DNA of 64,000 nucleotides from the NCBI GenBank assembly GCA_902633585.1, contig CACPGZ010000003.1:12484-76483 (forward strand), in the 5' to 3' direction. Made by a program: the position numbers and the translations under genes. The DNA comes from an uncultured Pelagibacteraceae bacterium. Its GTDB lineage: Bacteria; Pseudomonadota; Alphaproteobacteria; Pelagibacterales; Pelagibacteraceae. Shown piece by piece: positions 9,641-19,547 of the stretch. The stretch's first letter is position 1; each line of letters begins with the position of its first letter. A model generated the notes under the pieces. That model ran no database searches, had not been told where the DNA came from, and was given only the letters and a program-made list of their open reading frames with translations.

Positions 9641-10329
9641 AAAATTTGAAAGAAATGAAATATCTTCTATTAGATCTTGATGGGGTTTGTTATGGTAAAC
9701 ACAATAATTACTCTCTAGAGAAAGTTTTTGGCCAAGTATCCCAAAGAATGACAATGTTCATATCGGAGAGACTGAAAATAGATATGAAAGAAGCAAAAAA
9801 ATTACAGACCAATTATTTTTATAAATACAATACTAGCTTAAATGGTTTAATGATACATCATGATATACCCCCAGAAGAATTCCTAAAATATGTCCACACA
9901 ATAGATCTTTCTTTTATGAAAGAGGACAAGATTATGAGGAATGAACTTAAAAAATTGGACATGGAAAAGTTTATTTTTACAAATGGTAGCGCCGAACATG
10001 CTGAAAATATTTTGTCTCATTTAGGAGTGTATGATCTCTTTGGAAGAGATAAAGTTTTTGATATTAAAGATGCCGGCTATGTGCCTAAACCTGAGGCTAA
10101 AACTTTTGATTTAATGGTTGAAAAATTTGGGTTAAATCCAAAAGAAACTATTTATGTTGAGGATATTGCAAAAAACCTGAGTATAGGATATGAACGGGGC
10201 TGTGCAACTGTTTGGTTAATTAATGATGAGCATTTTGGCAAGATAGATTCTGATAAAGATTATATTTCCCATAAAATTGAAAATCTGTCTTTATTTCTGA
10301 AGGAAATAAGGTTATTAAAAAGTCAATAA
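9637..10329 (+). CDS. Pyrimidine 5'-nucleotidase (HAD superfamily)
   Basis: DLDG motif I, FTNG, PKP and VED..KNL; usual argB-dapD context. Confidence 0.88.
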   Translation: MKNLKEMKYLLLDLDGVCYGKHNNYSLEKVFGQVSQRMTMFISERLKIDMKEAKKLQTNYFYKYNTSLNGLMIHHDIPPEEFLKYVHTIDLSFMKEDKIMRNELKKLDMEKFIFTNGSAEHAENILSHLGVYDLFGRDKVFDIKDAGYVPKPEAKTFDLMVEKFGLNPKETIYVEDIAKNLSIGYERGCATVWLINDEHFGKIDSDKDYISHKIENLSLFLKEIRLLKSQ

Positions 10330-10332
10330 ATT

Positions 10333-11160
10333 ATGTCTATAGAAAAAGTTATAAATGATGCTTGGGAAATTAAAGATCAAATAAACCAAAATTCAGATCA
10401 AAAAGTTAAAGACGTAATCAATCAAGTGATTAGTGATCTAGATAGTGGAAAATCGAGAATTGCTGAGAAAATAAATGGAGAATGGATTACCCATCAGCAT
10501 TTAAAAAAAGCAATCATGTTAAGCTTTAGAATTTATCCAATGGAAAACTTAAACGGTCCATACAGCAGTTGGTATGATAAATCTCACTTATTAAAAGGTA
10601 AAACAGCTGGTTGGTCAAAAGAAGATCATGAGAGAGCAGGTTTTAGAATGGTGCCTAATTCACCAGTTAGAAAAGGATCCTTTGTTGGAAAAAACGCAGT
10701 TTTAATGCCCTGCTATGTAAACATCGGCGCTTATATTGATGAAGGAACAATGATAGATACATTTGCAAGAGCAGGTAGCTGTTGTCAAATAGGAAAGAAT
10801 TGTCATATCTCAGCAGGATCAGGAGTTGGTGGAGTTTTAGAGCCTGCACAAGCTTTACCTACGATAATTGAAGATAATGTTTTTCTAGGAGCAATGTCAG
10901 AGGTTGTTGAAGGAGTAATTGTTGGAGAAGGCTCAGTTTTAAGTATGGGTATGTATATAGGTCAATCGACTAAAATAGTTGATCGAAAAACTGGAAAAAT
11001 TACTTATGGTAAAATTCCACCCTACTCAGTTGTTGTTCCAGGTTCATTGCCAGACAAAAATAATTCGTCTGCTCCATCATTATATTGTGCTGTCATAATT
11101 AAGCAGGTTGATGAAAAAACAAGGTCAAAAACCTCTATTAACGACCTTTTAAGAGATTAA
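10333..11160 (+). CDS. dapD: Tetrahydrodipicolinate N-succinyltransferase
   Basis: KKAIMLSFR, VNIGAY.DEGTM.D, GGVLEP.QA.PTIIED and KTSINDLLRD motifs. Confidence 0.97.
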   Translation: MSIEKVINDAWEIKDQINQNSDQKVKDVINQVISDLDSGKSRIAEKINGEWITHQHLKKAIMLSFRIYPMENLNGPYSSWYDKSHLLKGKTAGWSKEDHERAGFRMVPNSPVRKGSFVGKNAVLMPCYVNIGAYIDEGTMIDTFARAGSCCQIGKNCHISAGSGVGGVLEPAQALPTIIEDNVFLGAMSEVVEGVIVGEGSVLSMGMYIGQSTKIVDRKTGKITYGKIPPYSVVVPGSLPDKNNSSAPSLYCAVIIKQVDEKTRSKTSINDLLRD

Positions 11161-11161
11161 C

Positions 11162-12319
11162 ATGAAAACTTTAAATGAATTACAATTAGCAAAAGAGCTA
11201 ATTAGATTTCCTTCAATTACACCTGTCGATGCAGGAGTGATGAAGTTTTTAGAAAAAAAATTAAAAAGACTAGGTTTCAAAACAAAAACACTCGAGTTTA
11301 AAGAGAAAGGCTTTAAGCCTGTTAAAAATTTGTACGCGCGATTTGGGAGTAGAAGCCCAAACCTATGTTATGCAGGTCACCTGGATGTTGTACCTCCAGG
11401 AAACGTTAAAGATTGGACAATAAATCCATTCAGACCAACTGTTAAGAAAGGCTATCTAATTGGGAGGGGTGCGAATGATATGAAAAGTTCTATCGCTGCC
11501 TTTGTCTCTGCAGTAAGCGTTTTTTTATCAAAAAATAAAAGATTTAAGGGTTCAATTAGTTTATTGATAACCGGGGATGAAGAAGGTGATGCAGTTAATG
11601 GTACAAAAAAAGTTGTGGAATTCTTAAAAAGAGAGAGAGAGAAAATTAATTTTTGTATAGTAGGTGAGCCAACTAATCCAAATATTTTGGGAGAAATGAT
11701 TAAAATAGGTCGAAGGGGCAGCTTGACTGGTAAACTAGTCATATATGGTTCACAGGGTCACGTTGCATATCCTTACAGAGCAAATAATCCTTCAACTATA
11801 ATTGTAAATATTTTAAAAGAATTAAAAAATATTAAGTTTGATAATGGCAATAGAGATTTTCAACCTACAAATCTAGAAGTTACAAAAATAAGTATAAATA
11901 ATTCTGCTGACAATGTTATTCCAGCGACTGCTGAAGCAACATTTAACATAAGATTTAATAACAAACATTCTTCAAATTCTTTGAAAAAAAGACTGAATAA
12001 AATTTTCAAAGAAATAAGTAAAAAACATAAATCAAAATTCAAAATTGAATACAGAATTTCTGGTGAAGCTTTTTTAACAAAACCAAACAAAACAACATTT
12101 ATGATACAAAATATCATTAAAAAAATTACTAAATTAAAACCAAAATTATCAACAACGGGTGGAACTTCAGACTTACGATTTATAAGAACTATGTGTCCTG
12201 GTCTTGAATTTGGCTTAGTTGGAAAAACTATGCATAAAGTTGATGAGGCAGTATCTTTAAAAGATTTAAAAAATCTGACTAAAATTTATGAAAGTATTTT
12301 GCAAAATTATTTCAAATGA
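11162..12319 (+). CDS. dapE: Succinyl-diaminopimelate desuccinylase
   Basis: GHLDVVP, GRGANDMK, GDEEG, GEPT, GRRGS, QGHVAYP, GGTSD and MHKVDE motifs. Confidence 0.97.
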   Translation: MKTLNELQLAKELIRFPSITPVDAGVMKFLEKKLKRLGFKTKTLEFKEKGFKPVKNLYARFGSRSPNLCYAGHLDVVPPGNVKDWTINPFRPTVKKGYLIGRGANDMKSSIAAFVSAVSVFLSKNKRFKGSISLLITGDEEGDAVNGTKKVVEFLKREREKINFCIVGEPTNPNILGEMIKIGRRGSLTGKLVIYGSQGHVAYPYRANNPSTIIVNILKELKNIKFDNGNRDFQPTNLEVTKISINNSADNVIPATAEATFNIRFNNKHSSNSLKKRLNKIFKEISKKHKSKFKIEYRISGEAFLTKPNKTTFMIQNIIKKITKLKPKLSTTGGTSDLRFIRTMCPGLEFGLVGKTMHKVDEAVSLKDLKNLTKIYESILQNYFK

Positions 12320-13239
12320 ATACGGCGATTATAAATTCTGATTCTTATGAAAAGCACGACACAGGTGATGGTCATCCTGAACAACCTAAAAGAGTAATTG
12401 CCATAAAAGAAAAATTAAAAAAAAGAAGTGATTTAATTTGGGAAAAGCCAAGTAATGTGCCTGATGATATATTGGCAATGACGCATTCAAAAAAATATAT
12501 TGATAATTTAAATAGCTCCTTTCCTCAAAAAGGTCTAAAATTTCTAGATGGAGATACTGTAATATCTCCAGACAGTAAAAGAGCAGTATTTGATGCTGCT
12601 GGCTCAACAATCAGGGCAATAGATGGAATAGAAAATCAGGAATTTAAGAATGCATTTTGTTTAGCAAGACCTCCTGGACATCATGCAGAAAAGGATAAAG
12701 CAATGGGATTTTGTTGTTTGTCAAATGCTGGTGTAGCTACTAATTATTTAATTAAAAATTATGAATATAAAAGAATTGCGTGTGTAGATTTCGATGTGCA
12801 TTGGGGAAATGGAAATTATGATGTTATGCGTAATAACAAAAATTCATTATATATTTCAACACATCAATATCCTTTTTATCCAGGGGGAGGTACGTACAAA
12901 GATAAGGGTGACTTTAATAACTCTTTAAATATACCTTTACCAGCAGGCACAAACTCAGAGGAATATTTTAATGCATTTGATAGAGTTTTAGATAGATTGG
13001 TTAATTATAAACCTGATTTCCTCATATTTTCAGCAGGTTTTGATGCACATAAGAATGATCCTTTAGCTCAATTCAATTTAAACTCAGAAGACTTTTACGA
13101 AATTACTAAAAGAACTTTAGCTGCTACCAATAAGTTTACCAAAGGAAAAGTTATCTCTATACTTGAAGGTGGTTATGATTTAAATGCTTTATCTGAAAGC
13201 GCTAATGAACATGTTAACGCGCTTGTAGAATTCAATTAA
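12316..13239 (+). CDS. Histone deacetylase-family (Zn-dependent) amidohydrolase
   Basis: HPEQP.R, RPPGHHA, GFC, DFDVH.GNG, SAGFDAH and LEGGY motifs. Confidence 0.93.
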   Translation: MNTAIINSDSYEKHDTGDGHPEQPKRVIAIKEKLKKRSDLIWEKPSNVPDDILAMTHSKKYIDNLNSSFPQKGLKFLDGDTVISPDSKRAVFDAAGSTIRAIDGIENQEFKNAFCLARPPGHHAEKDKAMGFCCLSNAGVATNYLIKNYEYKRIACVDFDVHWGNGNYDVMRNNKNSLYISTHQYPFYPGGGTYKDKGDFNNSLNIPLPAGTNSEEYFNAFDRVLDRLVNYKPDFLIFSAGFDAHKNDPLAQFNLNSEDFYEITKRTLAATNKFTKGKVISILEGGYDLNALSESANEHVNALVEFN

Positions 13240-13269
13240 TTTAAATTAAGTAAATAATAAGTCACTTAG

Positions 13270-13761
13270 ATGAAACTTTACAGAATTAAAAGATCTAAAA
13301 TTGATAGGAAAGGGCGAGGTCTTTACGCTACTCGTGATATAAAAGAAGGAACAAAAATAATAAATTACCTCGGCAAAATTATTACAAATAAAGAGGTAGA
13401 TGAGTCAATTAAGTTTGATAATAAAAAACCTATTTACCTATTCACATTAAATAAAAGATATACTCTCGATGGAGATTTTTCATGGAACATTGCAGGTCTA
13501 GTAAACCATAGTTGCAATAATAACTGTGATTATAATGGCAAAGGTCTAAAAGTATGGATTACTGCAATTCGTGATATTAAAAAAGATGAGGAGTTTACTT
13601 GTGATTATGGTTTTAGTTATGATGAAGATTATAAACAATTTACCTGCAAATGTGGTTCAACAAATTGCTGTGGTTATATTGTAAGAGCAGAGTCTAGATG
13701 GAGAATTAATAAAAAGTTTGCAATGAGTAACAAAAAAAAACTAATAAATAACTCTTGCTAA
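13270..13761 (+). CDS. SET-domain protein-lysine methyltransferase with post-SET Cys motif
   Basis: GRGLYA..DI..G, NHSC.NNC, EEFTCDY and CKCGSTNC motifs. Confidence 0.92.
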   Translation: MKLYRIKRSKIDRKGRGLYATRDIKEGTKIINYLGKIITNKEVDESIKFDNKKPIYLFTLNKRYTLDGDFSWNIAGLVNHSCNNNCDYNGKGLKVWITAIRDIKKDEEFTCDYGFSYDEDYKQFTCKCGSTNCCGYIVRAESRWRINKKFAMSNKKKLINNSC

Positions 13762-14481
13762 ATAAAGTCCTTCAGGTGGCGCTGGTGGCGCACACAAGAT
13801 CCTTTTTTTTGAGTTCATAACAAAATTGAATTTTTTTAAAGTCCATTTTTTTTCACCTACGTATTTTAAACAACCAACCATTGATCTAACTTGTTGTTGT
13901 AGAAAAGATTTAGATTGAAATTCTATTTCTATTTTATCATTTTTAGATTTTATTTTTACAGATCTCATAGTTTTGATTGGACTTTTGGCTCTACAGCTTG
14001 AAGCTCTGAATGTAGAAAAATCATTTGTACCAACTAATTTTTTTGAAGCTTTTTTCATGATTTTTAAATCTAATTTATTAATTATGTGCCATCCTCTATT
14101 TTTATCTATTACTGGTCTACTAAAACGATTAATGATTATGTACTTATATATTCTTATTTTTGCAGAAAATCTTGCGTGAAAATCTTTGCCCTTTTTTTTG
14201 ATTTTAATGATTGTAATCATATCTTTGTTTAAAAAATGATTTAAGGATTTGACAAATTTACTCAAATTTTCAATTTTTTTTTTACACTCAAAATGGGCAG
14301 ATTGCTCTAGCGCGTGTACTCCTTTATCTAATCTTCCAGCACCAAACAAAATAATTTTTTCTTTTAATAATTTACAAATTCTCTCTTGAATAAGTCCTTG
14401 TATAGTTTTGCCTTTTGTTTGAATTTGCCAGCCTCTAAAATTGGTACCTTCATACTCTATTAATATCTGATATCTAAACAT
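13741..14481 (-). CDS. truA: tRNA pseudouridine(38-40) synthase; start reassigned to MFRYQILIEYEG
   Basis: IEYEGT.F.GWQ, GAGR.D.GVHA, FHARFSA, DFS.FR, FLQQQVR.MVG and APP.GLYL motifs. Confidence 0.95.
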   Translation of the reverse strand: MFRYQILIEYEGTNFRGWQIQTKGKTIQGLIQERICKLLKEKIILFGAGRLDKGVHALEQSAHFECKKKIENLSKFVKSLNHFLNKDMITIIKIKKKGKDFHARFSAKIRIYKYIIINRFSRPVIDKNRGWHIINKLDLKIMKKASKKLVGTNDFSTFRASSCRAKSPIKTMRSVKIKSKNDKIEIEFQSKSFLQQQVRSMVGCLKYVGEKKWTLKKFNFVMNSKKRILCAPPAPPEGLYLARVIY

Positions 14482-15406
14482 TAGAAATGATCGAGCCCTT
14501 TCTAATTTGAGATCCGAGCATAAACTCTTTAATTTTTTGTACTTTTTTTCCCTCTCTTTGTATTTCAAGAACTTTAATAGATTTTTCACCTCCACAAGCT
14601 ATTTCAAGATTGTCTGAAATAATCTCACCACATTTACCAATACCGTTTGCAATTTTTGCTTTTAAGATTTTATATCTTTGACCTTTAAAATTAAAAAAAG
14701 CTCCTGGGGAAGGATACAAGCCATTAATTTTTGCAATTATCCTTAAAGCATCACTTTTCCAGTCAATTTGCCCCTCATTTTTAGTAATTTTTTTTGCATA
14801 GGTGGCTTTAGAGTTGTCTTGATCAACAAAGTTTGATTTGCCATCAAAAATTTCATTTACAACATTTAAAATTTTATCCGCTGCTAATATAGCGAGTTTT
14901 TCTGAGATTTCTTTGGCATTGTGTTTTTGGTCAAGTTTTAATTTATATATATTGCATATAGGTCCACTATCTAATTCTTCATTGATTTTCATTATACTAA
15001 TCCCAGTTTCTTCATCTAAATTCATAATTGCTCTTTGAATAGGTGCAGCACCTCTCCATTTTGGTAGTAAGGATGCATGAATATTAACAAAACCTTTTTT
15101 TGTTAAACTTAAAAATTCTTTAGGGATTATTTGTCCATAAGCAACAACAATGGCAAGATCGGCATCCATTTTTTTTAAAAGCTCATACTCCTCAGTGTTG
15201 TTTTTCAAGCTCTGAGGAGATCTAAAATTTATATTTAAGGTTTCCGATATATTTTGGACCGGTGATTTATTTATCTTCTGACCTCGATGAGATTTTTGAG
15301 GAGGTTGTGTATATACCATATTTATTGAAAATCCGTTTTGGTAGAGAGATTTTAACACTGGAACTGCAAACAAGGGCGTACCCATAAAAATAATTTTTTT
15401 AGACAT
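14474..15406 (-). CDS. fmt: Methionyl-tRNA formyltransferase
   Basis: FMGTP.FA, VVAYG, NIHASLLP.WRGAAPIQ and LDSG motifs. Confidence 0.97.
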   Translation of the reverse strand: MSKKIIFMGTPLFAVPVLKSLYQNGFSINMVYTQPPQKSHRGQKINKSPVQNISETLNINFRSPQSLKNNTEEYELLKKMDADLAIVVAYGQIIPKEFLSLTKKGFVNIHASLLPKWRGAAPIQRAIMNLDEETGISIMKINEELDSGPICNIYKLKLDQKHNAKEISEKLAILAADKILNVVNEIFDGKSNFVDQDNSKATYAKKITKNEGQIDWKSDALRIIAKINGLYPSPGAFFNFKGQRYKILKAKIANGIGKCGEIISDNLEIACGGEKSIKVLEIQREGKKVQKIKEFMLGSQIRKGSIISNV

Positions 15407-15409
15407 TTC

Positions 15410-15934
15410 TTAAACTACTATTCTGTCAGGATTTTTTTTTGTTTTTGAAATTTTCTTAATGATGATATCTCTTTTTAATTTTGATAAATGGTCAATTATT
15501 AATTTTCCGTCTAAATGATTTATTTCGTGTTGTAAGCAAGTTGATAAAAGCCCATCACACTTTAGATTTTTTTTTTGCCCTTTAATATCAATATATTCCA
15601 CTTCACAAATTTTCGGCCTTTCAATTTCTATAAATGTATCTGGAATTGACAAACAGCCTTCCTCATAAATTGAGGTTTCATTACTAACTTTTTTTATAAC
15701 AGGATTTATGAAACTTAAAGGCTCCTTCTTTTTATCTTTGGTTGAAACATCAATTACTAAAATTCTTTTAAGGATACCTATTTGTACTGCAGCTAACCCA
15801 ATACCTTTAGATGCATACATCGTATCAAATAAATCATTGATAAGTTTTTTTTCATTATCATCGACTTTTTCTAATGGTTCAGAAATTTTTTTTAAAATTT
15901 CATCAGGAACTGTAATTATATCTTTAATGCTCAT
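15410..15934 (-). CDS. def: Peptide deformylase
   Basis: GIGLAAVQIG, EGCLS and QHEINHLDG motifs. Confidence 0.98.
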   Translation of the reverse strand: MSIKDIITVPDEILKKISEPLEKVDDNEKKLINDLFDTMYASKGIGLAAVQIGILKRILVIDVSTKDKKKEPLSFINPVIKKVSNETSIYEEGCLSIPDTFIEIERPKICEVEYIDIKGQKKNLKCDGLLSTCLQHEINHLDGKLIIDHLSKLKRDIIIKKISKTKKNPDRIVV

Positions 15935-15957
15935 CTGATAAATAAATAAACTAATTT

Positions 15958-17730
15958 TTAGACTTTTAAAGGAAGAACTTTTAATAGAATTTTATTACGT
16001 ATAAAATCTATGTTTAATTGATTGAGTGCACTTATTATAAAAAATAAAGTATCCTCATCTAAGGCATTTAATTCATCTTGACCAACAACCTCTACAATTC
16101 TTAGAATTGTTGAAGCTGACTCATTATTATTTATCATAACTTGAATATCTGTAGGCATTTCAGAATCTAAAATTTTGTATAAATTTTCATATTTTTTATC
16201 AACTTTTATACCATCTGATTTTAATGACTCGATTAAAATGATATCTTTTTTTGAAAGTGTATATTTTTTATTTTTCTTTATTTTTTTGAGAAAGTTATTT
16301 AAATCCTTCTCTATTTTCGTCTGATTATAATCTCCATTAAAATATCTTATAAGTTTTGATTGATGTAAAAGATCATCGTTATACTTTATTTTGGTTTGTT
16401 TTTTTTCATCTGTATCAATATTTTCTAGATAAAAACTTGTATGCTCTGAGGAAATTTGATCTAGATCAATTTCTTTCAACAGATCTTTTAATTTTTCTTC
16501 AAAAGCATTCCCAATTTTATCTTTAATAAATGCCTCTTTTAGAAATTTCATTAACTCTATTTTTTTATTTATATTAGACTCTAGTAATATCGTTTGGTAC
16601 AAAAGTGCTCTACTTTCAATATTAGTTAAAGATTTAAATACAGTCTTAGCATTCAACAATTGATCAATGTTGAATTGAAATCTTTTATAAATTTGAAATA
16701 AATCGTCCTCCAGATAATTCTTATTATGTGTAGCGTATTCAACTAACTTGATTTTTTCTTGTTCATTCAAATCAATTTCATTTGTTTGGTATAATAAATT
16801 TGAAGCAGCTAAATATTTCCATATTAATGGATTGGTATTTTCTTTTGGTTCAAAAGAAAATTCTGGATTCGTTTTATGTGCTAAATGAAATTCTAAGATA
16901 TTTTTTTCAGATATTGTTGTATCTACCTCGTTTGTATATCCAAATAAATAATTCAATTTATTTTCAAAATATTTTTCATTAAAACCTAATTCTTTCTTTA
17001 AATCAAAAATTAATTGTGCTTGATCTTTTTTTCCATTTTTTATCAAACAGTAGATGTTAAATTTTGATAAATAATCATTTTCTATTGGTTCAGAATTATT
17101 TAAAAAGATTTTACATGCTTTATCAACCTCAGACTCGGATAAATACTTATCAACTAAATATTTACTTAGTTTAGGGTGTAAATTTAAAATGTCATTCTTT
17201 ATTAAATATTCCTGTATCAGCTCTAAGTTATTATGTTTTATTAACCAATCTGTTTTTATTTCTAAAAATTCTTTTTCACTAAAATTTTTTTTGGGATAAT
17301 AAGCATTGGTTAGTAAAACAATATTCATAAGTTCTGAAGCATCTTGTGATAAGTTTAATTTAGATAAATTAGAAAAAAGATATTTTAATTGATCACCATT
17401 AGAATTCGACCACATATCAATTTTTAATCCAAAATCATCAGGGTCGTAAAGACCGATTATTTTAATTTCTTTAGAATTTAAAACATCATCAAACTTAATT
17501 GAATCTGAGTTATCTTTAATTTGCATATTAAAAACATCAATTTTTTCAGCCTCAGATTTATTTTCAGTAACTGAAATTAATTCTTTATTTTCGGAATTTT
17601 CTTGTATTTGCTCTTTATCAATATTCCATATGTCCACAGGCTCATTTTCTGAAAAAGAATTAACCATTGCAAAGAAAAAAATAATTAGAATTGATAAATA
17701 AATTTTATTTAACAATTTTAAAATTTTCAT
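15958..17730 (-). CDS. Conserved hypothetical exported alpha-helical protein (590 aa)
   Basis: N-terminal signal/TM segment, P.DIW, GL..D.W..S and paired Cys (KAC...YC); no confident function. Confidence 0.7.
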   Translation of the reverse strand: MKILKLLNKIYLSILIIFFFAMVNSFSENEPVDIWNIDKEQIQENSENKELISVTENKSEAEKIDVFNMQIKDNSDSIKFDDVLNSKEIKIIGLYDPDDFGLKIDMWSNSNGDQLKYLFSNLSKLNLSQDASELMNIVLLTNAYYPKKNFSEKEFLEIKTDWLIKHNNLELIQEYLIKNDILNLHPKLSKYLVDKYLSESEVDKACKIFLNNSEPIENDYLSKFNIYCLIKNGKKDQAQLIFDLKKELGFNEKYFENKLNYLFGYTNEVDTTISEKNILEFHLAHKTNPEFSFEPKENTNPLIWKYLAASNLLYQTNEIDLNEQEKIKLVEYATHNKNYLEDDLFQIYKRFQFNIDQLLNAKTVFKSLTNIESRALLYQTILLESNINKKIELMKFLKEAFIKDKIGNAFEEKLKDLLKEIDLDQISSEHTSFYLENIDTDEKKQTKIKYNDDLLHQSKLIRYFNGDYNQTKIEKDLNNFLKKIKKNKKYTLSKKDIILIESLKSDGIKVDKKYENLYKILDSEMPTDIQVMINNNESASTILRIVEVVGQDELNALDEDTLFFIISALNQLNIDFIRNKILLKVLPLKV

Positions 17731-17884
17731 TAGGTATTATTTTTTCAATGGTTTTTTTTGGTGCAGGGAAGTCTAATTTATTTAAAAGAAAAATTATTCC
17801 AACAAAAACAATCGTAACAAAAAATAACTTTATTAATAATCCAATTATACTTTTGCTATAACTTGTTTTTCTTGTAAATTGCAT
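17705..17884 (-). CDS. Small single-pass membrane protein, 59 aa (MQFTRKTSYSKSIIGLLIKLFFVTIVFVGIIFLLNKLDFPAPKKTIEKIIPNENFKIVK); not in ORF track
   Basis: Manual translation; TM helix followed by P.P.K.IEK.IP; fills the gap between the 590-aa gene and the aroK promoter region. Confidence 0.75.
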   Translation of the reverse strand: MQFTRKTSYSKSIIGLLIKLFFVTIVFVGIIFLLNKLDFPAPKKTIEKIIPNENFKIVK

Positions 17885-17941
17885 ATAGATTTAATTAATT
17901 TCAAATTAAGACATATTTGTGTTTTTTCAATAAAGAAACTT

Positions 17942-18454
17942 ATGAAATCAAAGGAAAATTTAGTTTTTATCGGAATGATGGGCTCTGGAAAGAGTTCTAT
18001 TGGCTCTATGGTATCAAAAAAACTAAATCTTAACTTTTTTGATGTTGATCAATTAATTGAAAATGATCAAAAAATGAAGATATCAAAAATCTTTGAAACA
18101 AAAGGAGAAAACTTTTTTAGAGATATTGAAAAAAAGATAACTCTTAATATTTTAAAAAGTAAAAAGGGTGTAATTGCGCTCGGTGGAGGGGCGTTTATCA
18201 CTCGAGCTATTAAAAATGAGGTTCTAGAAAATCACTTATCATTTTGGCTTAATTGGAATATTGATACATTAGTTAATAGGATTAAAAACAGCAAAAAAAG
18301 ACCGTTGGCACATAATTCTAGTAAAAATGAGCTTACAGAAATTATAAAAAAACGTTCAATTATTTACTCTAAAGCACTATATAAAATAGATTGTGAGAAT
18401 TTTACAAAACAACAAATTACAAAAAAAATCATAAATATTTATGAAACAAATTAA
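17942..18454 (+). CDS. aroK: Shikimate kinase (start reassigned to MKSKENLVFIGMMGSGKS)
   Basis: GMMGSGKS P-loop, GE..FR..E, LGGG and RPL motifs. Confidence 0.95.
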   Translation: MKSKENLVFIGMMGSGKSSIGSMVSKKLNLNFFDVDQLIENDQKMKISKIFETKGENFFRDIEKKITLNILKSKKGVIALGGGAFITRAIKNEVLENHLSFWLNWNIDTLVNRIKNSKKRPLAHNSSKNELTEIIKKRSIIYSKALYKIDCENFTKQQITKKIINIYETN

Positions 18455-19547
18455 ACTGATAGTTAAAACTAATTCAGAGAAATATCCTATCATAATTGGT
18501 AAAAATTTAATTTCTAATCTATCTCAAATATTTAAAAAAAATTCTATCAACTTCAGAAGATGCTTTTTAGTTTTAGATAAAAATGTTCCAAATAGAAATG
18601 TCAAACAAATTTTAAAATCTCTAAATAGATATGATATTTATAAATTTATTTACAATGCTAATGAGAAAAATAAAAACCAGAAAAATGTTAATAAAATTTT
18701 AGACCTTTTGCTTAAAAAGAACTTTTCTAGGGATGACTGTTTAATGTCTATTGGTGGAGGCATTACTGGTGATGTAGCTGGTTTTGCTGCAAGTTTATTC
18801 AAAAGAGGTCTAAAATTTATAAATATTCCAACAACATTGTTATCACAGGTTGACTCATCCGTTGGCGGTAAAACAGGTATTAACACATCTCAAGGCAAAA
18901 ATTTAGTTGGAAGTTTTTATCAACCTAAAATTGTTGTCAGTGATGTAGACTTTTTAAAAAGTCTTCCTTATAGAGAAATAGTTTGTGGTTACGCAGAAAT
19001 AGTAAAACATGCCTTAATTGCAAATAAAAAGTTATATAATTTTTTAGATAAGAATGTTAATAAAATATTACAACTAAAGTCTCCAACTATTGAAAAATCA
19101 ATTTATGAAAGTTGTAAAGTTAAAAAATCAATAATTGAAAAAGATGAAAAAGAGAAAAATTTGAGAAAAATTTTAAATTTTGGTCATACTTTTGCCCACG
19201 CGTACGAGGCAAGTCTAAATTTTTCAAAAAGATTAAATCATGGAGAAGCAGTAATTCTAGGCATGAAATCATCGTTTGAATTTAGTCATAACAAAAAATT
19301 CATTACTTATAAAGAATTTGATTCTGCAACTAAACATCTTAATCATTCTCATTTTCCAATATCGATTAAAAGTTATTTTACAATTAAAAAAATTAATCAA
19401 ATCGTATCTTTTATGATGAGGGATAAAAAAAATAATTCTAAAAATATCAAGCTTATGTTGATTAAAAAAATTGGTGGTCCAATAATTGAAAAAGAATTTT
19501 CAGAGGCTACTATCAAACTTTTTTTAAAAAAAAAATTAATTAATTGA
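18441..19547 (+). CDS. aroB: 3-dehydroquinate synthase
   Basis: GGGITGDVAGF, PTTLLSQVDSSVGGKTGIN, GKNLVG, LNFGHTFAHA and HGEAV motifs. Confidence 0.97.
   Translation: MKQIKLIVKTNSEKYPIIIGKNLISNLSQIFKKNSINFRRCFLVLDKNVPNRNVKQILKSLNRYDIYKFIYNANEKNKNQKNVNKILDLLLKKNFSRDDCLMSIGGGITGDVAGFAASLFKRGLKFINIPTTLLSQVDSSVGGKTGINTSQGKNLVGSFYQPKIVVSDVDFLKSLPYREIVCGYAEIVKHALIANKKLYNFLDKNVNKILQLKSPTIEKSIYESCKVKKSIIEKDEKEKNLRKILNFGHTFAHAYEASLNFSKRLNHGEAVILGMKSSFEFSHNKKFITYKEFDSATKHLNHSHFPISIKSYFTIKKINQIVSFMMRDKKNNSKNIKLMLIKKIGGPIIEKEFSEATIKLFLKKKLIN

Noticed and set aside
14482-14595. 38-aa N-terminal extension of TruA in the ORF track
   Set aside because: It overlaps fmt extensively; TruA homology begins at the ATG at 14481
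17879-17941. 21-aa N-terminal extension of AroK from a TTG start
   Set aside because: It overlaps the start of the divergent small gene; the ATG at 17942 gives a normal-length AroK
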